Made by a program: the position numbers and the translations under genes
In this document: positions 9,598 to 20,152 of the stretch, piece by piece
How positions within the stretch are numbered: the first letter of the stretch is position 1
Layout: the number at the start of each line of letters is the position of its first letter
Notes under the pieces: generated by a model
Databases searched by the model: none
Told to the model about the DNA's origin: nothing
The model's input: only the letters and a program-made list of their open reading frames with translations
Assembly (NCBI GenBank): GCA_963837955.1
Contig: CAWIPH010000002.1
Span: forward strand, 3,136,001-3,200,000
From: an uncultured Verrucomicrobiae bacterium
GTDB taxonomy: Bacteria; Verrucomicrobiota; Verrucomicrobiia; Chthoniobacterales; JAFAMB01
DNA length: 64,000 nt
Direction of reading: 5' to 3'

Positions 9598-10341
9598 CTA
9601 CTGCGAAACAGGCCCCATGGTCTTCGTTCCTTCATCCGTCTTCGGCGGCGGTGTCTTGGCGCTGAGCGAGATCCCCTCGGCAGCTGCAAAATCGGCCAGC
9701 GCTTGCTCTTCCAATGCCTTGTGTTCAGCTTCTTTGATCGCGACTCCACCGGTATCAAGCGTATCGCGCGCGACGCGCGCAGCCCCAGCCGCCCTTTGTC
9801 GTTCTTCTTCGACCATGCTCTGGAGCCTTTCCAAAGTGTCCCCTGATCCGCCGATTTGCGTGATCATTCCTGAGGCCATCTGGGTCAGTTCTGCCGTCGC
9901 CTTCTTGATTTTCAAATCATCCAAACTGAAGCGCAAAGCCTCGATTTTGGACTGGGCATTCTTGATGGAGACGTCCCGCGCGCGGATTAATTCCCGATAA
10001 GTCGTCTCGGCTTGCTCGAGTTGAGTTCTATCTTCCGTCAGTTCCCTTTGGATCGTCTGGAGACGCAAAGCAGTTTGACCAGCTGCATCGCGGTTATCCG
10101 AACGCAATAGCGCCGTCGTTTTGGCGCGAAGTTCTCGCTCTTCCCCTTCCAGCTTTTTAACCTGGGTAATTAGGCGTTCGCAGAGACCGGCGTGCGCCGC
10201 CAGACCTTGGTTATATTGAGCAATCTGCTTGCGCAGATTCTCGCGCTCCACTTCGAGCAGAGCCTCCGGGTTCTCTTTCTCCAGACCGCTCACGAATAGC
10301 CCGAAAAAGCCGCGGATTAGGTTGCCAATTCGCTTGAACAT
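9598..10341 (-). CDS. pspA: PspA/IM30 family protein
   Basis: Amphipathic N-terminus MFKRIGNLIRG, ENPEALLE motif, long coiled coil. Confidence 0.85.
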   Translation of the reverse strand: MFKRIGNLIRGFFGLFVSGLEKENPEALLEVERENLRKQIAQYNQGLAAHAGLCERLITQVKKLEGEERELRAKTTALLRSDNRDAAGQTALRLQTIQRELTEDRTQLEQAETTYRELIRARDVSIKNAQSKIEALRFSLDDLKIKKATAELTQMASGMITQIGGSGDTLERLQSMVEEERQRAAGAARVARDTLDTGGVAIKEAEHKALEEQALADFAAAEGISLSAKTPPPKTDEGTKTMGPVSQ

Positions 10342-10587
10342 GATGTGACTAGTTATTTGCTACCTCTGGTAGGCTGCCACATCCCGAGCAAATTGTTAAT
10401 AACTTCTGCTTTTGGGGATCGCAGACCCAGCAATATCCACCCTCAAAACCGCCGATTCATAACGAACGAAAGGGATTTTTCCTGAAATTCTTGCGACGAA
10501 TCTTGCAGCACCACCAGCTTAGAATCCATAAAGGTGCCAGCGCCGCCGGTTCTGGGATGAAAAAGAGCCGATGGTAGCGCGACTCTT

Positions 10588-11172
10588 ATGACCGTGGACA
10601 ATGTTCTTCGTTTAGCTCGGATAGGTACAGATCGGTACAAACCGTTTTTTGCGTTGATTGCTTGGGGGATTCTCGGGTTCGCCCTGACAGGCCACAGTCA
10701 GAACTTGGTACCGGATCAAATAAATCCGCCGTTTGGATTTCAATGGGGTGAGCCGGAAAAAGATATCGAAAAAATTATTACCCGCGCTCAGGCTCGCATC
10801 GTCACACGCGATAGCATCCGGGGCCGTGATGCCTGGACCGTGGAAGGTCTGATTCAGCCGGCGCTGAAGCGCACGGTCATTTACTTTGGCTCAGAAAAGA
10901 CATTGGTCGAAGTAGAACTGCAGTATGAGCATACAGAGTGGAATTTGACGGCCTACGAAGAATTTCTCAACAGCATAAAACAAAGACTGGAAGCAAAATA
11001 CGGACCGCCGACCGTTCTGGCGCGCGACAAGAAACCGGAGGGCGATGTGATGGAGACTGTGGTTGGCTACCAATGGGATCAATCGGGCAGTAGCGTTCAG
11101 CTTTTCTTCTATTCGGCAGAACGAAACAACGAGGTTTATCGGTCCGTGAGCTTGCACTACCGGGCGGGATGA
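10588..11172 (+). CDS. Hypothetical secreted/periplasmic protein
   Basis: Hydrophobic signal-like segment followed by a globular domain (PPFGFQWGE...LEAKYGPP); no family assigned. Confidence 0.7.
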   Translation: MTVDNVLRLARIGTDRYKPFFALIAWGILGFALTGHSQNLVPDQINPPFGFQWGEPEKDIEKIITRAQARIVTRDSIRGRDAWTVEGLIQPALKRTVIYFGSEKTLVEVELQYEHTEWNLTAYEEFLNSIKQRLEAKYGPPTVLARDKKPEGDVMETVVGYQWDQSGSSVQLFFYSAERNNEVYRSVSLHYRAG

Positions 11173-11401
11173 AAACGCCGGACAGTCATCGCCGAGAACG
11201 CCGGCATCGCCGTGACAGCGAACATAATGCGGGAGCACGAAGTATTGCGCTCCGTTTGAATTCCAACTGCGAACACAAACATAGGGCGACGCTCCCGCTT
11301 ACCAATCAGGACTTCTCGGCGATTAGCCTGGCCGGCGTCCACTCTCACCGGCGTTGTCGGCGATGTCCGCGGCGTTCCCCTCCGGCGTTCCCGGCGTTTT
11401 A

Positions 11402-12355
11402 TCAAGGCAAGAGTTCTCGCAGCGCGACGGCCATGGCACGATATCCAAAATGGCCCTGCGGAACGACGGTCACGGGAAGCTCACCCCAAGCTCGGGCAAG
11501 TCGCTCGATTGTTTGGACCGGGACGACGCGATCGTAGGCTCCGCCGATTAGTGTAATTTTTTTGGTGTCAAGCAGCGGCTTGCCGTGAAGCGGGGAAGAA
11601 AGATGCGCATGCTGTAATGAAGTACCCCTTTTGACTCCCGCCTTTATGAGCCGCGCTCGGATCGCACTGCCAGCGGGACTTTCCCAAATCGCCTGTTCCA
11701 CATCGGCGATTGGTTGAAGAAGAGTAATAAATTCGAAATCAGCTTCGACAAAGCTAAGCAGTGCGCCGATCCATCCGCCGTAGCTCGTCGCGATTAACCC
11801 AAAACGCCGGCACCCGCGGGCGCGGCAATAGTCCATCAGTTGCCGCATCTCCTTGACTGCCTGCCGAAGGGTCTCTCCGTTCCGCGGCAAGTTCGCCGTG
11901 AGCGCAAGAGCCCCATTGAAATGCCCGTGCGGAACCCGCGAATAATGAAACGGCAAATGCGGAAAAATCGCGTTCCAACCGATTTGGTTGAATCGCCTGG
12001 CGATTCTTCGATAGCCAAAATCACTCGCCGACATCAGCGCGTGCAAAAAGATCACGGTCGGCGCGCTCCATCCGGCTGCGGCGGAAAAAAACAGGCTGGC
12101 ATGGGCGGTGGCGTTTTCCGGAAAGCTGGTCTCTACTGGGCTACGCCAGCGCAAGATACGGGATGTCTCCCTCACCTCCTTCATCGGTTCCAGCGCGTAA
12201 AATTGTTCCAGGCTCAGTCCGCTACATTGCGAGACGTAGCGTTCAAGATCCAGAGGGTAGATCGCCTCGCTCCCCCGCGGTTGCAGCCGGTTGAGCATCA
12301 AACACATCATGCCGTCAATTAGCTCGGCCTGTGTGCGCGCGTAAATTTCTCTCAT
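11402..12355 (-). CDS. Alpha/beta hydrolase family protein
   Basis: Nucleophile elbow ATSYGG, acid YDRVVP, His in QGH; ATGA overlap with the upstream acyltransferase. Confidence 0.8.
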   Translation of the reverse strand: MREIYARTQAELIDGMMCLMLNRLQPRGSEAIYPLDLERYVSQCSGLSLEQFYALEPMKEVRETSRILRWRSPVETSFPENATAHASLFFSAAAGWSAPTVIFLHALMSASDFGYRRIARRFNQIGWNAIFPHLPFHYSRVPHGHFNGALALTANLPRNGETLRQAVKEMRQLMDYCRARGCRRFGLIATSYGGWIGALLSFVEADFEFITLLQPIADVEQAIWESPAGSAIRARLIKAGVKRGTSLQHAHLSSPLHGKPLLDTKKITLIGGAYDRVVPVQTIERLARAWGELPVTVVPQGHFGYRAMAVALRELLP

Positions 12356-13095
12356 GATTCTCGCGCTTCACTCTTTTTCCTTCTGAGAGCTGGAAGATAG
12401 TTTTCTCGCTTTCGCGATTGAGGTGCTGCCGGTAAATCGCTCTCCTCCAGTTGAAACTGTTCTATCGCCTGTTGCTTTAATCGCAAAAAGGCGGCCGATA
12501 CTTCTCTCGAAAGCGTTTCGCGGGCTTCCGCGCGCGGCAAATCAGTTCGCGGCCAGATCGGTTCTCCGGAAACCATCCAAACCGGTACGCGCCGGAACGG
12601 AAACCAATTGCGTGATTGATAGAGCCGATCAGTGCCCAAGATCACACACGGGACAACCGGTTTTTGCGAGAGCAGACTCGCTGCGACAAATCCCGGCCAA
12701 GTCGGCGCTCCTTCTAAAACCGAGGTGGCGCCTGCTCGGATCCCACCTTCCGGAAAGATTCCGACTACTCGCCCAAGCTTTAGCCGTTGGAGAGCTGTCC
12801 GCATTGGACCGGCGTCCTTACTATTCCTCTTCACCGGGAAAGCGCTTAGTGCGTCCATCAACCAGGCGCTCCAGCGCGCCTGGTATAGTTCTTCCATCGC
12901 CATCCAATCGACATAGCGAAGGAACCAGGAACCTATCATCGGAGGATCAAAATGGCTGATATGGTTAGCGACGAGAATGTAGCCATCTTTCGCTGGAGGG
13001 ACGGCCCAGGAGCGATGCACTCGGCAAGAACAGAAAAAAATCGCTCGAACCAGATAGCGACTGAAAAGACTAAAGGGCCGATTGCCCGATTTCAT
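12352..13095 (-). CDS. Lysophospholipid / 1-acyl-sn-glycerol-3-phosphate acyltransferase (PlsC family)
   Basis: NHISHFD (HX4D) and FPEGG motifs. Confidence 0.9.
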   Translation of the reverse strand: MKSGNRPFSLFSRYLVRAIFFCSCRVHRSWAVPPAKDGYILVANHISHFDPPMIGSWFLRYVDWMAMEELYQARWSAWLMDALSAFPVKRNSKDAGPMRTALQRLKLGRVVGIFPEGGIRAGATSVLEGAPTWPGFVAASLLSQKPVVPCVILGTDRLYQSRNWFPFRRVPVWMVSGEPIWPRTDLPRAEARETLSREVSAAFLRLKQQAIEQFQLEESDLPAAPQSRKRENYLPALRRKKSEARES

Positions 13096-13215
13096 GAAGC
13101 AACTCCGCGGATTTTCGCAGAGGAATTATCCGCAGATTTCACAGATTACGCAGATTTTTTTAAGCCTGGCCACAAACAAAAGGCGATAAAAACAACCAGC
13201 AAGTCCGCCTCACAC

Positions 13216-15027
13216 TTAGCGGTTCATCAGAATCATCTTCGTACCAACGATTGCCACAGGTGACCCGCGTTGTTCGTCTAGCTGCAGGAGACTGCGCCAA
13301 TGATCAAGTCGACCTTGATCGGTGATCAGAAATGTTCGCAGGTTGCTGCGCCAAAGTGTTTGGAACCGCTCTTCATCTAAATAGAGATCGCGACCAATAC
13401 CGAGGTTTCGCGTAGCGAACTCCATTTCCGGGTTGGCATGTAACCACTGAATGGAATGAGGAAGGTAGAAGAAGAGACTGGTGAGGTCGTTGGTCTCGAA
13501 TTCACAGACGACCTGATAGTTGGTGCCGCCGAATGTTTCTATCGTCGATGCTACCCGAGCCGACGAAAACGCGTCTTCGACCAGATGGAGCGCTTGATTG
13601 CTCGCCAAGAAGAGGACAATCATCAAAACCACACAACTGCCAACAATCTCGAGAAACCGCCCTTTACGGGCAAAATAAATTATAGCCGCTCCGACCACCG
13701 ATAAGGCGCAGCTCGCAATCAGGATTAAGGGGATGAGCCCCGATAACTGTTCGGATGAAATACCTCCGATCCCCTCCCAGACCGTCCTACCGTGCGTGAC
13801 CGTATCCGCGAGTTTACTCGCGCCAAGTGGATGCCAAATCAAAAAGAACGCGGTCAACAGGCCAACCACCCCTCCGACTACAAAGAGCCAGCCCGGGACC
13901 GAAAATAAGCGGCGAGATATGTCAGGCGTTGAGACAAAAAGTGAGGCCAATCCGATAGCTATAACCGGCCACGAAATCAGCAAATAATAATCCTGAATCT
14001 TAGCGAACAGGATTCCGCCGACGTTGATGAGCAATAGAAAGAGCAGCAGGTGCCACTCACCTTGTAACCAGGATTTTCTTGAACGCCAAAGAGTCAGGGC
14101 CGCTCCGGGCAAGAAGAAACTCCAAGGCAGGAAAAGGCCGAGATGTTCTATTAAAAACTGGGGTAGTGGTACGCGATCGCTGTCAACGGGCCAACGGTGA
14201 TTCAATATGTTGCCAATCTGCTCATTCCCGAGTTGATCAACCAGAAATCCGGGATATCGCAGCTCCGTCGCGATATACCAGGGAGTCACCAGGACGAAGA
14301 ACAGGATCCAGCCGTGCGGCCGAAAGAAGAATCGGTGCCACACCTCACGCGTGGACTTCTTAAAGGCGTAGCTCGCACACCCGACGGCGAGAGGAATGAC
14401 CAAAGCGTGCAGACCTTTGGTCAGCGTTCCAGCGGCTATGAAAACCCAGGCCAACAACAACCACCGATCTCGGACCGGTCCGGACGCGCTTTGCAACGCC
14501 CGAACTAACCCATAAAAGGTACAGACGAGGAGCAACGCCGAAAATGGTTCCGGCATGACTAAATGCGTGAAAAGATAGGTCCCAAAGAACGTGGCGAGAA
14601 TGAGTGCTGCGCAGATTCCGAAAATCCGACGACCTGAGATTCGTTCGACCAAGGCAGCTGTCGCAAAAAACCACGCCACGGTAGCCAAGGCTACGGGCAA
14701 CCGTGCGCTAAACTCTTTTACTCCGAATAATTGGAGCGAAACCATCTCGCACCAGTATACGAGCGGAGGCTTTTGCAGCCGCGGAATCCCATCTTGAGTT
14801 GGGGTAAGCCAATCTCCGCGGACAATCATTTCGCGGGCAGCCCCGGCGTACTGGCCATCAATTTGGTCAAAAAGTCGCGGCGCTCCCGAAGTCCCGATGT
14901 AAACAGCGGCGACCAGCACCAATAAAAACGCTAGGAATTGGTTGAGCCTGCTGGAACGCCGGTCAACCCAACGCTGCTCTTTTTCAACAGCGATTTCGGT
15001 GGCAGTCAACCGTTCAAATGTTCGCAT
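13216..15027 (-). CDS. ArnT/PMT-like GT-C glycosyltransferase (family 39/83)
   Basis: DGQYAGAAREM...DWLTP...KPPLVYW...ARLP and LTKG motifs; multi-TM. Confidence 0.88.
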   Translation of the reverse strand: MRTFERLTATEIAVEKEQRWVDRRSSRLNQFLAFLLVLVAAVYIGTSGAPRLFDQIDGQYAGAAREMIVRGDWLTPTQDGIPRLQKPPLVYWCEMVSLQLFGVKEFSARLPVALATVAWFFATAALVERISGRRIFGICAALILATFFGTYLFTHLVMPEPFSALLLVCTFYGLVRALQSASGPVRDRWLLLAWVFIAAGTLTKGLHALVIPLAVGCASYAFKKSTREVWHRFFFRPHGWILFFVLVTPWYIATELRYPGFLVDQLGNEQIGNILNHRWPVDSDRVPLPQFLIEHLGLFLPWSFFLPGAALTLWRSRKSWLQGEWHLLLFLLLINVGGILFAKIQDYYLLISWPVIAIGLASLFVSTPDISRRLFSVPGWLFVVGGVVGLLTAFFLIWHPLGASKLADTVTHGRTVWEGIGGISSEQLSGLIPLILIASCALSVVGAAIIYFARKGRFLEIVGSCVVLMIVLFLASNQALHLVEDAFSSARVASTIETFGGTNYQVVCEFETNDLTSLFFYLPHSIQWLHANPEMEFATRNLGIGRDLYLDEERFQTLWRSNLRTFLITDQGRLDHWRSLLQLDEQRGSPVAIVGTKMILMNR

Positions 15028-15259
15028 CCGTTCAGTTGCTTGTTAATGCAGCGAAGGTTCGTTGTATCTAGTGCCTCTGCGCATACTCGGAAACCTCAAA
15101 GTTCGGCGCGCCTCAAACCGCCTGACGGACCGACAGATACACGGACGGACGCTTGATTCAAGCAAAAGGCCTGCGAACGTGTTGGTAGCGCGAAACATAG
15201 CGCCGGTTCCAAATTCAAACGGAACCCGCTTCCCGATGTCGAAATCAGGAGGAGTTTTT

Positions 15260-16084
15260 ATGACACCAGAAGAACAGAATCTAATCGAAGGATTGTTTCA
15301 GCGACTGCGACAAGCCGATACGAGCCCAAAAGATGCCCAGGCCGAAGAGCTGATTCGGGCCAAAACTGCCGAGCTGCCGTCGGCAACCTATCTACTTGTC
15401 CAGGCCGTGCTGGTCCAAGAGCATGCTCTCGCGAACGCGCAGGCAAGAATCGCTGAGCTGGAAAATCGCCTACGGAATGAGCAGGCTCAACCCAGCGCTG
15501 CTGGTGGCAGTTTCTTGTCGCGTTTCTTCGGCTCGAAGCCTCAGCCCCAAGCTGTGCCTCCTCCGGTACCGCAGCAAGTCGCGGCCACGCAACCAGCGCA
15601 GGCGGCCCCTCCACCGATTACCGTGGTGCCCCAAACCACTCCCTACCCCTCAACGGTCGGCCTTGGACCCAGTTCCGGCGGCAGCTTCCTCCAAAGCGCT
15701 ATGGCTACAGCGGCTGGAGTCGCGGGCGGGCAGCTTCTTTTTCAAGGGATTGAAAGTCTGATTGGACGCAACGCCGGGCCCTTCGGACCGGCTCTCGGCT
15801 CTCGAGAAGGCCTTTACCCGGGCGGCACGGGCGGCGGAACCGAAATTGTTAACAATTATTATAATACTGATCCGGCCGGGACCTCCGAACAGCATCATCT
15901 GGGAACGGGCGAACCGTCGCAGAAAGCCGATCTAACTCAAGACGCAGCCTTCCGAGATGATCAGAGTGATTATGCGGCAGGTGGCGGAGATGGCCAAGAC
16001 TCGGGGTACGATCTCGCGGGAGGTGATGATGCCGGGCTCGACTCAGACAGCTCCTTTTCCGGCTCGGACGATAATTTGGTGTGA
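15260..16084 (+). CDS. DUF2076 family protein
   Basis: MTPEEQNLIEGLFQRL...YLLVQAVLVQE...SFLQSAMATAAGVAGG with an acidic tail; AGGAGG RBS before the ATG at 15260. Confidence 0.88.
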   Translation: MTPEEQNLIEGLFQRLRQADTSPKDAQAEELIRAKTAELPSATYLLVQAVLVQEHALANAQARIAELENRLRNEQAQPSAAGGSFLSRFFGSKPQPQAVPPPVPQQVAATQPAQAAPPPITVVPQTTPYPSTVGLGPSSGGSFLQSAMATAAGVAGGQLLFQGIESLIGRNAGPFGPALGSREGLYPGGTGGGTEIVNNYYNTDPAGTSEQHHLGTGEPSQKADLTQDAAFRDDQSDYAAGGGDGQDSGYDLAGGDDAGLDSDSSFSGSDDNLV

Positions 16085-16206
16085 GCCGATTTGCTTTTAG
16101 CCGACCCGCAGCACCAACTTGTCCCACGAAGCCTTCGCTACAAAAATCGAGATCAATATCTTTGCGAAGGCGGAAGGCGTGATTCAAGAAAACCTAGGGC
16201 ACGCCC

Positions 16207-16668
16207 CATAGGCGTTAACTCAAGGTTTTCGTAATGGTTCTCTACCCCAACGGGGCAGGAGGACTCAGCCCGGGGTTTCAACCTGGTTTCAACCCCGGGA
16301 AACATCCAATCAAACGACCCGCCCTCATAAGGGCGCGAGGCTCACTTGGATCAGTCCCACGCCTATCGCTTATCGAAAGGAATCCATGTTTGTACAGAAA
16401 TGTCCGACACTCTCTTGGAACGTCATTTTGCGGCGAAGAATTTCTTGGCTTGTAATAGACGCAATAACCGACTCGCTCGACTAGCGCCCTTCCAGGGCGA
16501 TCATTTGATTGGATGTTTCCCGGGGTTAAAACCCCGGGCTGAGTCCTAGCGCCCCTCTGGGGCAGAGAGCGAGGTATCGGCCCGAAGTTGCTGCGCATCG
16601 GCAGCGCTGAGTCTCTCTTGCCCGCTGGGCTAGAGAACCACTCCCAAAACTTTAAGTTAACGCTTATA
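16207..16668. mobile_element. Non-autonomous MITE-like element with IS186/IS231-type (IS4 family) terminal inverted repeats
   Basis: Left end CATAGGCGTTAACTCAAGGTTTT versus reverse complement of the right end TATAAGCGTTAACTTAAAGTTTT (19/23). Flanked by GGGCA-CGCCC (16197-16206) and GGGCAACGCCC (16669-16679). No transposase inside. Confidence 0.75.
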
Positions 16669-16885
16669 GGGCAACGCCCTAGGAACAGAATCCGGAATTT
16701 AGAATTTAGAAACATTGCTGCCTTCCGGACGAAGCGCGCCATCCATTCCGACAGGTTTGAGTATTATGAAAGTGGTTCGCCTTGGCCAAACTGGCGAGTT
16801 TACGCGTATAAGAGCCGGACACTGATACAGAATATTGAACAAGCCGGATTTCAGATTCTGAATTCTCTCTTCAGTTCGCCAACCA

Positions 16886-18730
16886 TTAGCCGTTTGCCCA
16901 CACGATAGGATGTGTCTCCCCGGTTGTTACGTTGACAAACCCGTTCGGAAATTCAGGTTGCGGTACAACCAAGACCCAGTGCCAAGGGGTGCAAGTGAGC
17001 GTTGCAAAGATCATCAGCCGTGGGAACCCCTGGCCGCCGTGCCACTCCATTTTTTCCGCTTTGCTCCAAAGCTCTCGTAGCTCGGCCGCTAGTACTTCAG
17101 CGGGCCGGGCAGTCATCAATCCGCCGACCTCGAATCTGACGGTTGCGACGATTTCGTTATTGTTTACCAAGACCCAGCCGCCCTGCATTTCGACCACTTT
17201 GTTCACGGCGATCGCCATGGATTCGTCCGCACTACCGAGCACCCAGAGGTTATGATGATCGTGGCTTACCGAACAGGCCAACGCAGAGTTCGGGGTCTTG
17301 GGGCCAACGTTTTTCCAAAACATTTTCCCTAGTTTTTTTTCACTGTGGTAACGGTCGACAATTGCGACCTTGGTGGCTTCGTCGCCGCGTTGGACCAGGC
17401 CGCTCTGAACCGGTAGCTCTAGCGTCATAAAGTCGGGCTGCCAGTGATACGGTTCCAGTACCGCGGCAGTCACCTTCCCGTTCACCGCAGAAGCAGGAGC
17501 CGTGATCTCGAAATCTGTGGCGACAAATGGTTCGCCCACTCGAATCGTATTGGTCGCCCACTCGGGCCAGTCAATCTTCGGAACTTCCAAGAGGTATTTG
17601 CCTCGTTCTGCCACGCGGATTCCGTCTGCGAATACTTCTTCGATCGCAACATTCTTTGGATCGGTGAGAAGAACCACATCGGCGAAGCGTCCGGGCGCGA
17701 GGGAGCCCACCAAATGTTCGAGATGCCAATGCCGCGCCGGATAATAACTGGCCATGGCATAAGCTGCTTCCACCGGCGCGCCAGATTCTATCGCCATACG
17801 GAGATTGTAGTCCGAGCTGCCTTTCTCGAGCGTTTCAGCTGCGTCGCGATCGTCCGTGGTCAACGATAGATTGGACCAATCGCGCAGACCCCTTTTGACA
17901 AAATAAGGAATGACTTTTTGAATTCCATTCCGGCGCGGCTTGAGCATTAAGAAGACTCCGCGGCTCATTTTGTCCCAGGCTTCCTCCGGCTCCATCGATT
18001 CATGATCGCTGGCTAAACCAGCAGCCGCGAAAGCATTGATCTCCGGGAGAGTTCTCAGACCGGTGCCGTGTCCCGCAACGACACCGCGAGATTCCCACGT
18101 CGCCTGCATGGACTGCCAGATGCGGCCGTGTCCAGGATTCTCCGGGTTCCACACAGCCGACCAATCCATTACCTCATCCAAGCCGGCCACCCACGGGTCT
18201 TGATTCAGATCTTCCTTAATCTCGGTGTACCCGTTGTATCCCCCGGTTGACTCGAAGGCGGTCGGCGGCGTCGCCGAGCCTGGTACCGGAAAGATCTTCA
18301 AAGGGCTACCGTACTTTCTCGGTGTGAGCCAGAACTCTATATTCTTTCGACCATTAACATTCGAGAATTCATGCGAAGCCTCAACCGTCCAAGTATTTCC
18401 ATCGGGGAGAACCAATGCGGCTTCGTATTCCGGCGTCAGATGCGTACTTTCAATGTGTTTGTGCGGCTCGCCAAAGCCCGGCACCGCAAACAGCCCGGCC
18501 CGATCGAAAACCGTTTCGACCTCCCCTGTCCATGACCCGCTCGGTCCGATCCAAGCGATACGGTTACCGCTAATAACGATTTCGTAGTTAGCCAACCACT
18601 CCAGGGAAAAGACATTCAGGATGGTTACGCCTCGAATCAGGGCGTCTGCCGGCCGCTTCCCCAACGCGACGAGTGTTAGTTGTTGGCGTTGCTTCGCCTC
18701 CTCGCTGAATTCAAACCTCTCTGTCATCAT
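16886..18730 (-). CDS. ade: Adenine deaminase (amidohydrolase)
   Basis: PGFGEPHKHIES, ASDHES, TTDD, GSLAPGRFAD and SVSHDHHN motifs. Confidence 0.88.
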   Translation of the reverse strand: MMTERFEFSEEAKQRQQLTLVALGKRPADALIRGVTILNVFSLEWLANYEIVISGNRIAWIGPSGSWTGEVETVFDRAGLFAVPGFGEPHKHIESTHLTPEYEAALVLPDGNTWTVEASHEFSNVNGRKNIEFWLTPRKYGSPLKIFPVPGSATPPTAFESTGGYNGYTEIKEDLNQDPWVAGLDEVMDWSAVWNPENPGHGRIWQSMQATWESRGVVAGHGTGLRTLPEINAFAAAGLASDHESMEPEEAWDKMSRGVFLMLKPRRNGIQKVIPYFVKRGLRDWSNLSLTTDDRDAAETLEKGSSDYNLRMAIESGAPVEAAYAMASYYPARHWHLEHLVGSLAPGRFADVVLLTDPKNVAIEEVFADGIRVAERGKYLLEVPKIDWPEWATNTIRVGEPFVATDFEITAPASAVNGKVTAAVLEPYHWQPDFMTLELPVQSGLVQRGDEATKVAIVDRYHSEKKLGKMFWKNVGPKTPNSALACSVSHDHHNLWVLGSADESMAIAVNKVVEMQGGWVLVNNNEIVATVRFEVGGLMTARPAEVLAAELRELWSKAEKMEWHGGQGFPRLMIFATLTCTPWHWVLVVPQPEFPNGFVNVTTGETHPIVWANG

Positions 18731-20086
18731 TTAATGAAAAAGTGAGCACCAAAAACCAGAGCTAGGACGTAGGTGAGGAAACGGACCTCTTTGACTCGGC
18801 CGGAACAGAGCATGATCAATACGTGGAGGATCATTCCAACGGCCATCCCATCGGTAATATTGCCGACAGCCATGATAATGATGGTAACAATAGCCGGCAC
18901 CCCGACGGAGAGATCCCGTAAGTTCAAACCGGTGATCCCTTGCATCATCAAGACTCCCACCATCATCAAAGCGGGTGCGGTGGCGACTGCTGGAATAATC
19001 GAAATGATCGGATGCAACGGCAGCGCCAGCAAAAAACAGATTGCCACAACAAGACCGGTCAATCCGGTTCGTCCGCCGGCTTCAACACCTGCAGCGGATT
19101 CCAGATAGAGACCCACCGTTGACGTCCCGAGGACTGCGCCGGTGCAAGCGGCCAGCGCATCCATCCCAAGTACCTGCCGAAACCGAGGAAGCTGTCCATT
19201 TTCATCTAGAAGTTCGGCCCGCTGACAAACCGCCAGCGTCGTCCCGATCCCACTCATGAAATCGCTGAAAAACAGGACCAAAACGATGGGGAACGCCAAC
19301 GAGAAGTGCGTCCAGAGAAAGCCAAGGTCGAGCTTCAAGAAAGTTGGCTCGATCGAAACCGGAGGAGCCACAATAGCCGCCGGCCAGCCAGTAACCGTCC
19401 CGTGGCCAGCGGAACTCGGAATAAAAAGCCCCAACACGGTTACGAGAAAAATTCCGAGAATAAGAGCACCCCGCGACACCGCGCCACATGAGCAGCGTAT
19501 TGAAAATGAGACCCACAAAGAAGAGTAAGCATTCGGGCGACGTGAGGTCACCCAGCGCGATAAAACTCTGCGAATTCGCAACCAAAACATGACTGCCTCG
19601 CAGCCCGATAATGGCAATAAAGAGGCCGATTCCGCAGGTAATAGCGACACGCAAGGTCGGAGGAAAGCTGTCGAGAACCATCTGGCGAAGGCCGCTCCAG
19701 GCTAGAATCAAAAACAAGATTCCATTGTAGAAGACGAGACCGAAGGCCGCTTGCCAGGGAACGTGCATGGTTGAACAAACCTGGTAAGCAAAAAAGGCGT
19801 TGGTTCCCATCCCTGGTGCCAAAGCCAATGGGTAATTTGTTACCAGCGCCATGAGGGCCGTGTTCAGAGCGGCAGCCAGGGCTGTTACCGAGATCAGCAC
19901 TCCAGTGTCGATGCCGATGGCAGAGAGAATCCTCGAATTGACCACTAAGATGTAAGACATCGTCGCGAACGTTGTCAGTCCGGCCAAGACTTCGCGACGG
20001 ATGGTGGTCTTGCGAGCCGCTAGTTGAAACCATGATTTTAACGGGTTCGGACGATCAATGAGTTCAGCAGCGGGAGCAGCATCCAT
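18727..20086 (-). pseudogene. NCS2/AzgA-type purine permease split by a single-base frameshift
   Basis: N-half (EVLAGLTTFATMSYI, LAPGMG) is in ORF 19202..20086 and C-half (ESAAGVEAGGRTGLT) in ORF 18727..19650; the frames swap at GTC-G-CGG-GGT near 19474. Confidence 0.85.
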
Positions 20087-20152
20087 CGGTAAATTTGGGC
20101 AAGTTGACTGAAGCGTTTGATGAGCACGAAGCAGCTCACCGGTGCGACAGTT

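Noticed and set aside
9383..10000. 205-aa plus-strand ORF
   Set aside because: Antisense shadow of pspA/idnO.
16278..16742. 154-aa ORF and neighbouring short ORFs
   Set aside because: They lie within the palindromic MITE and show no protein motifs.
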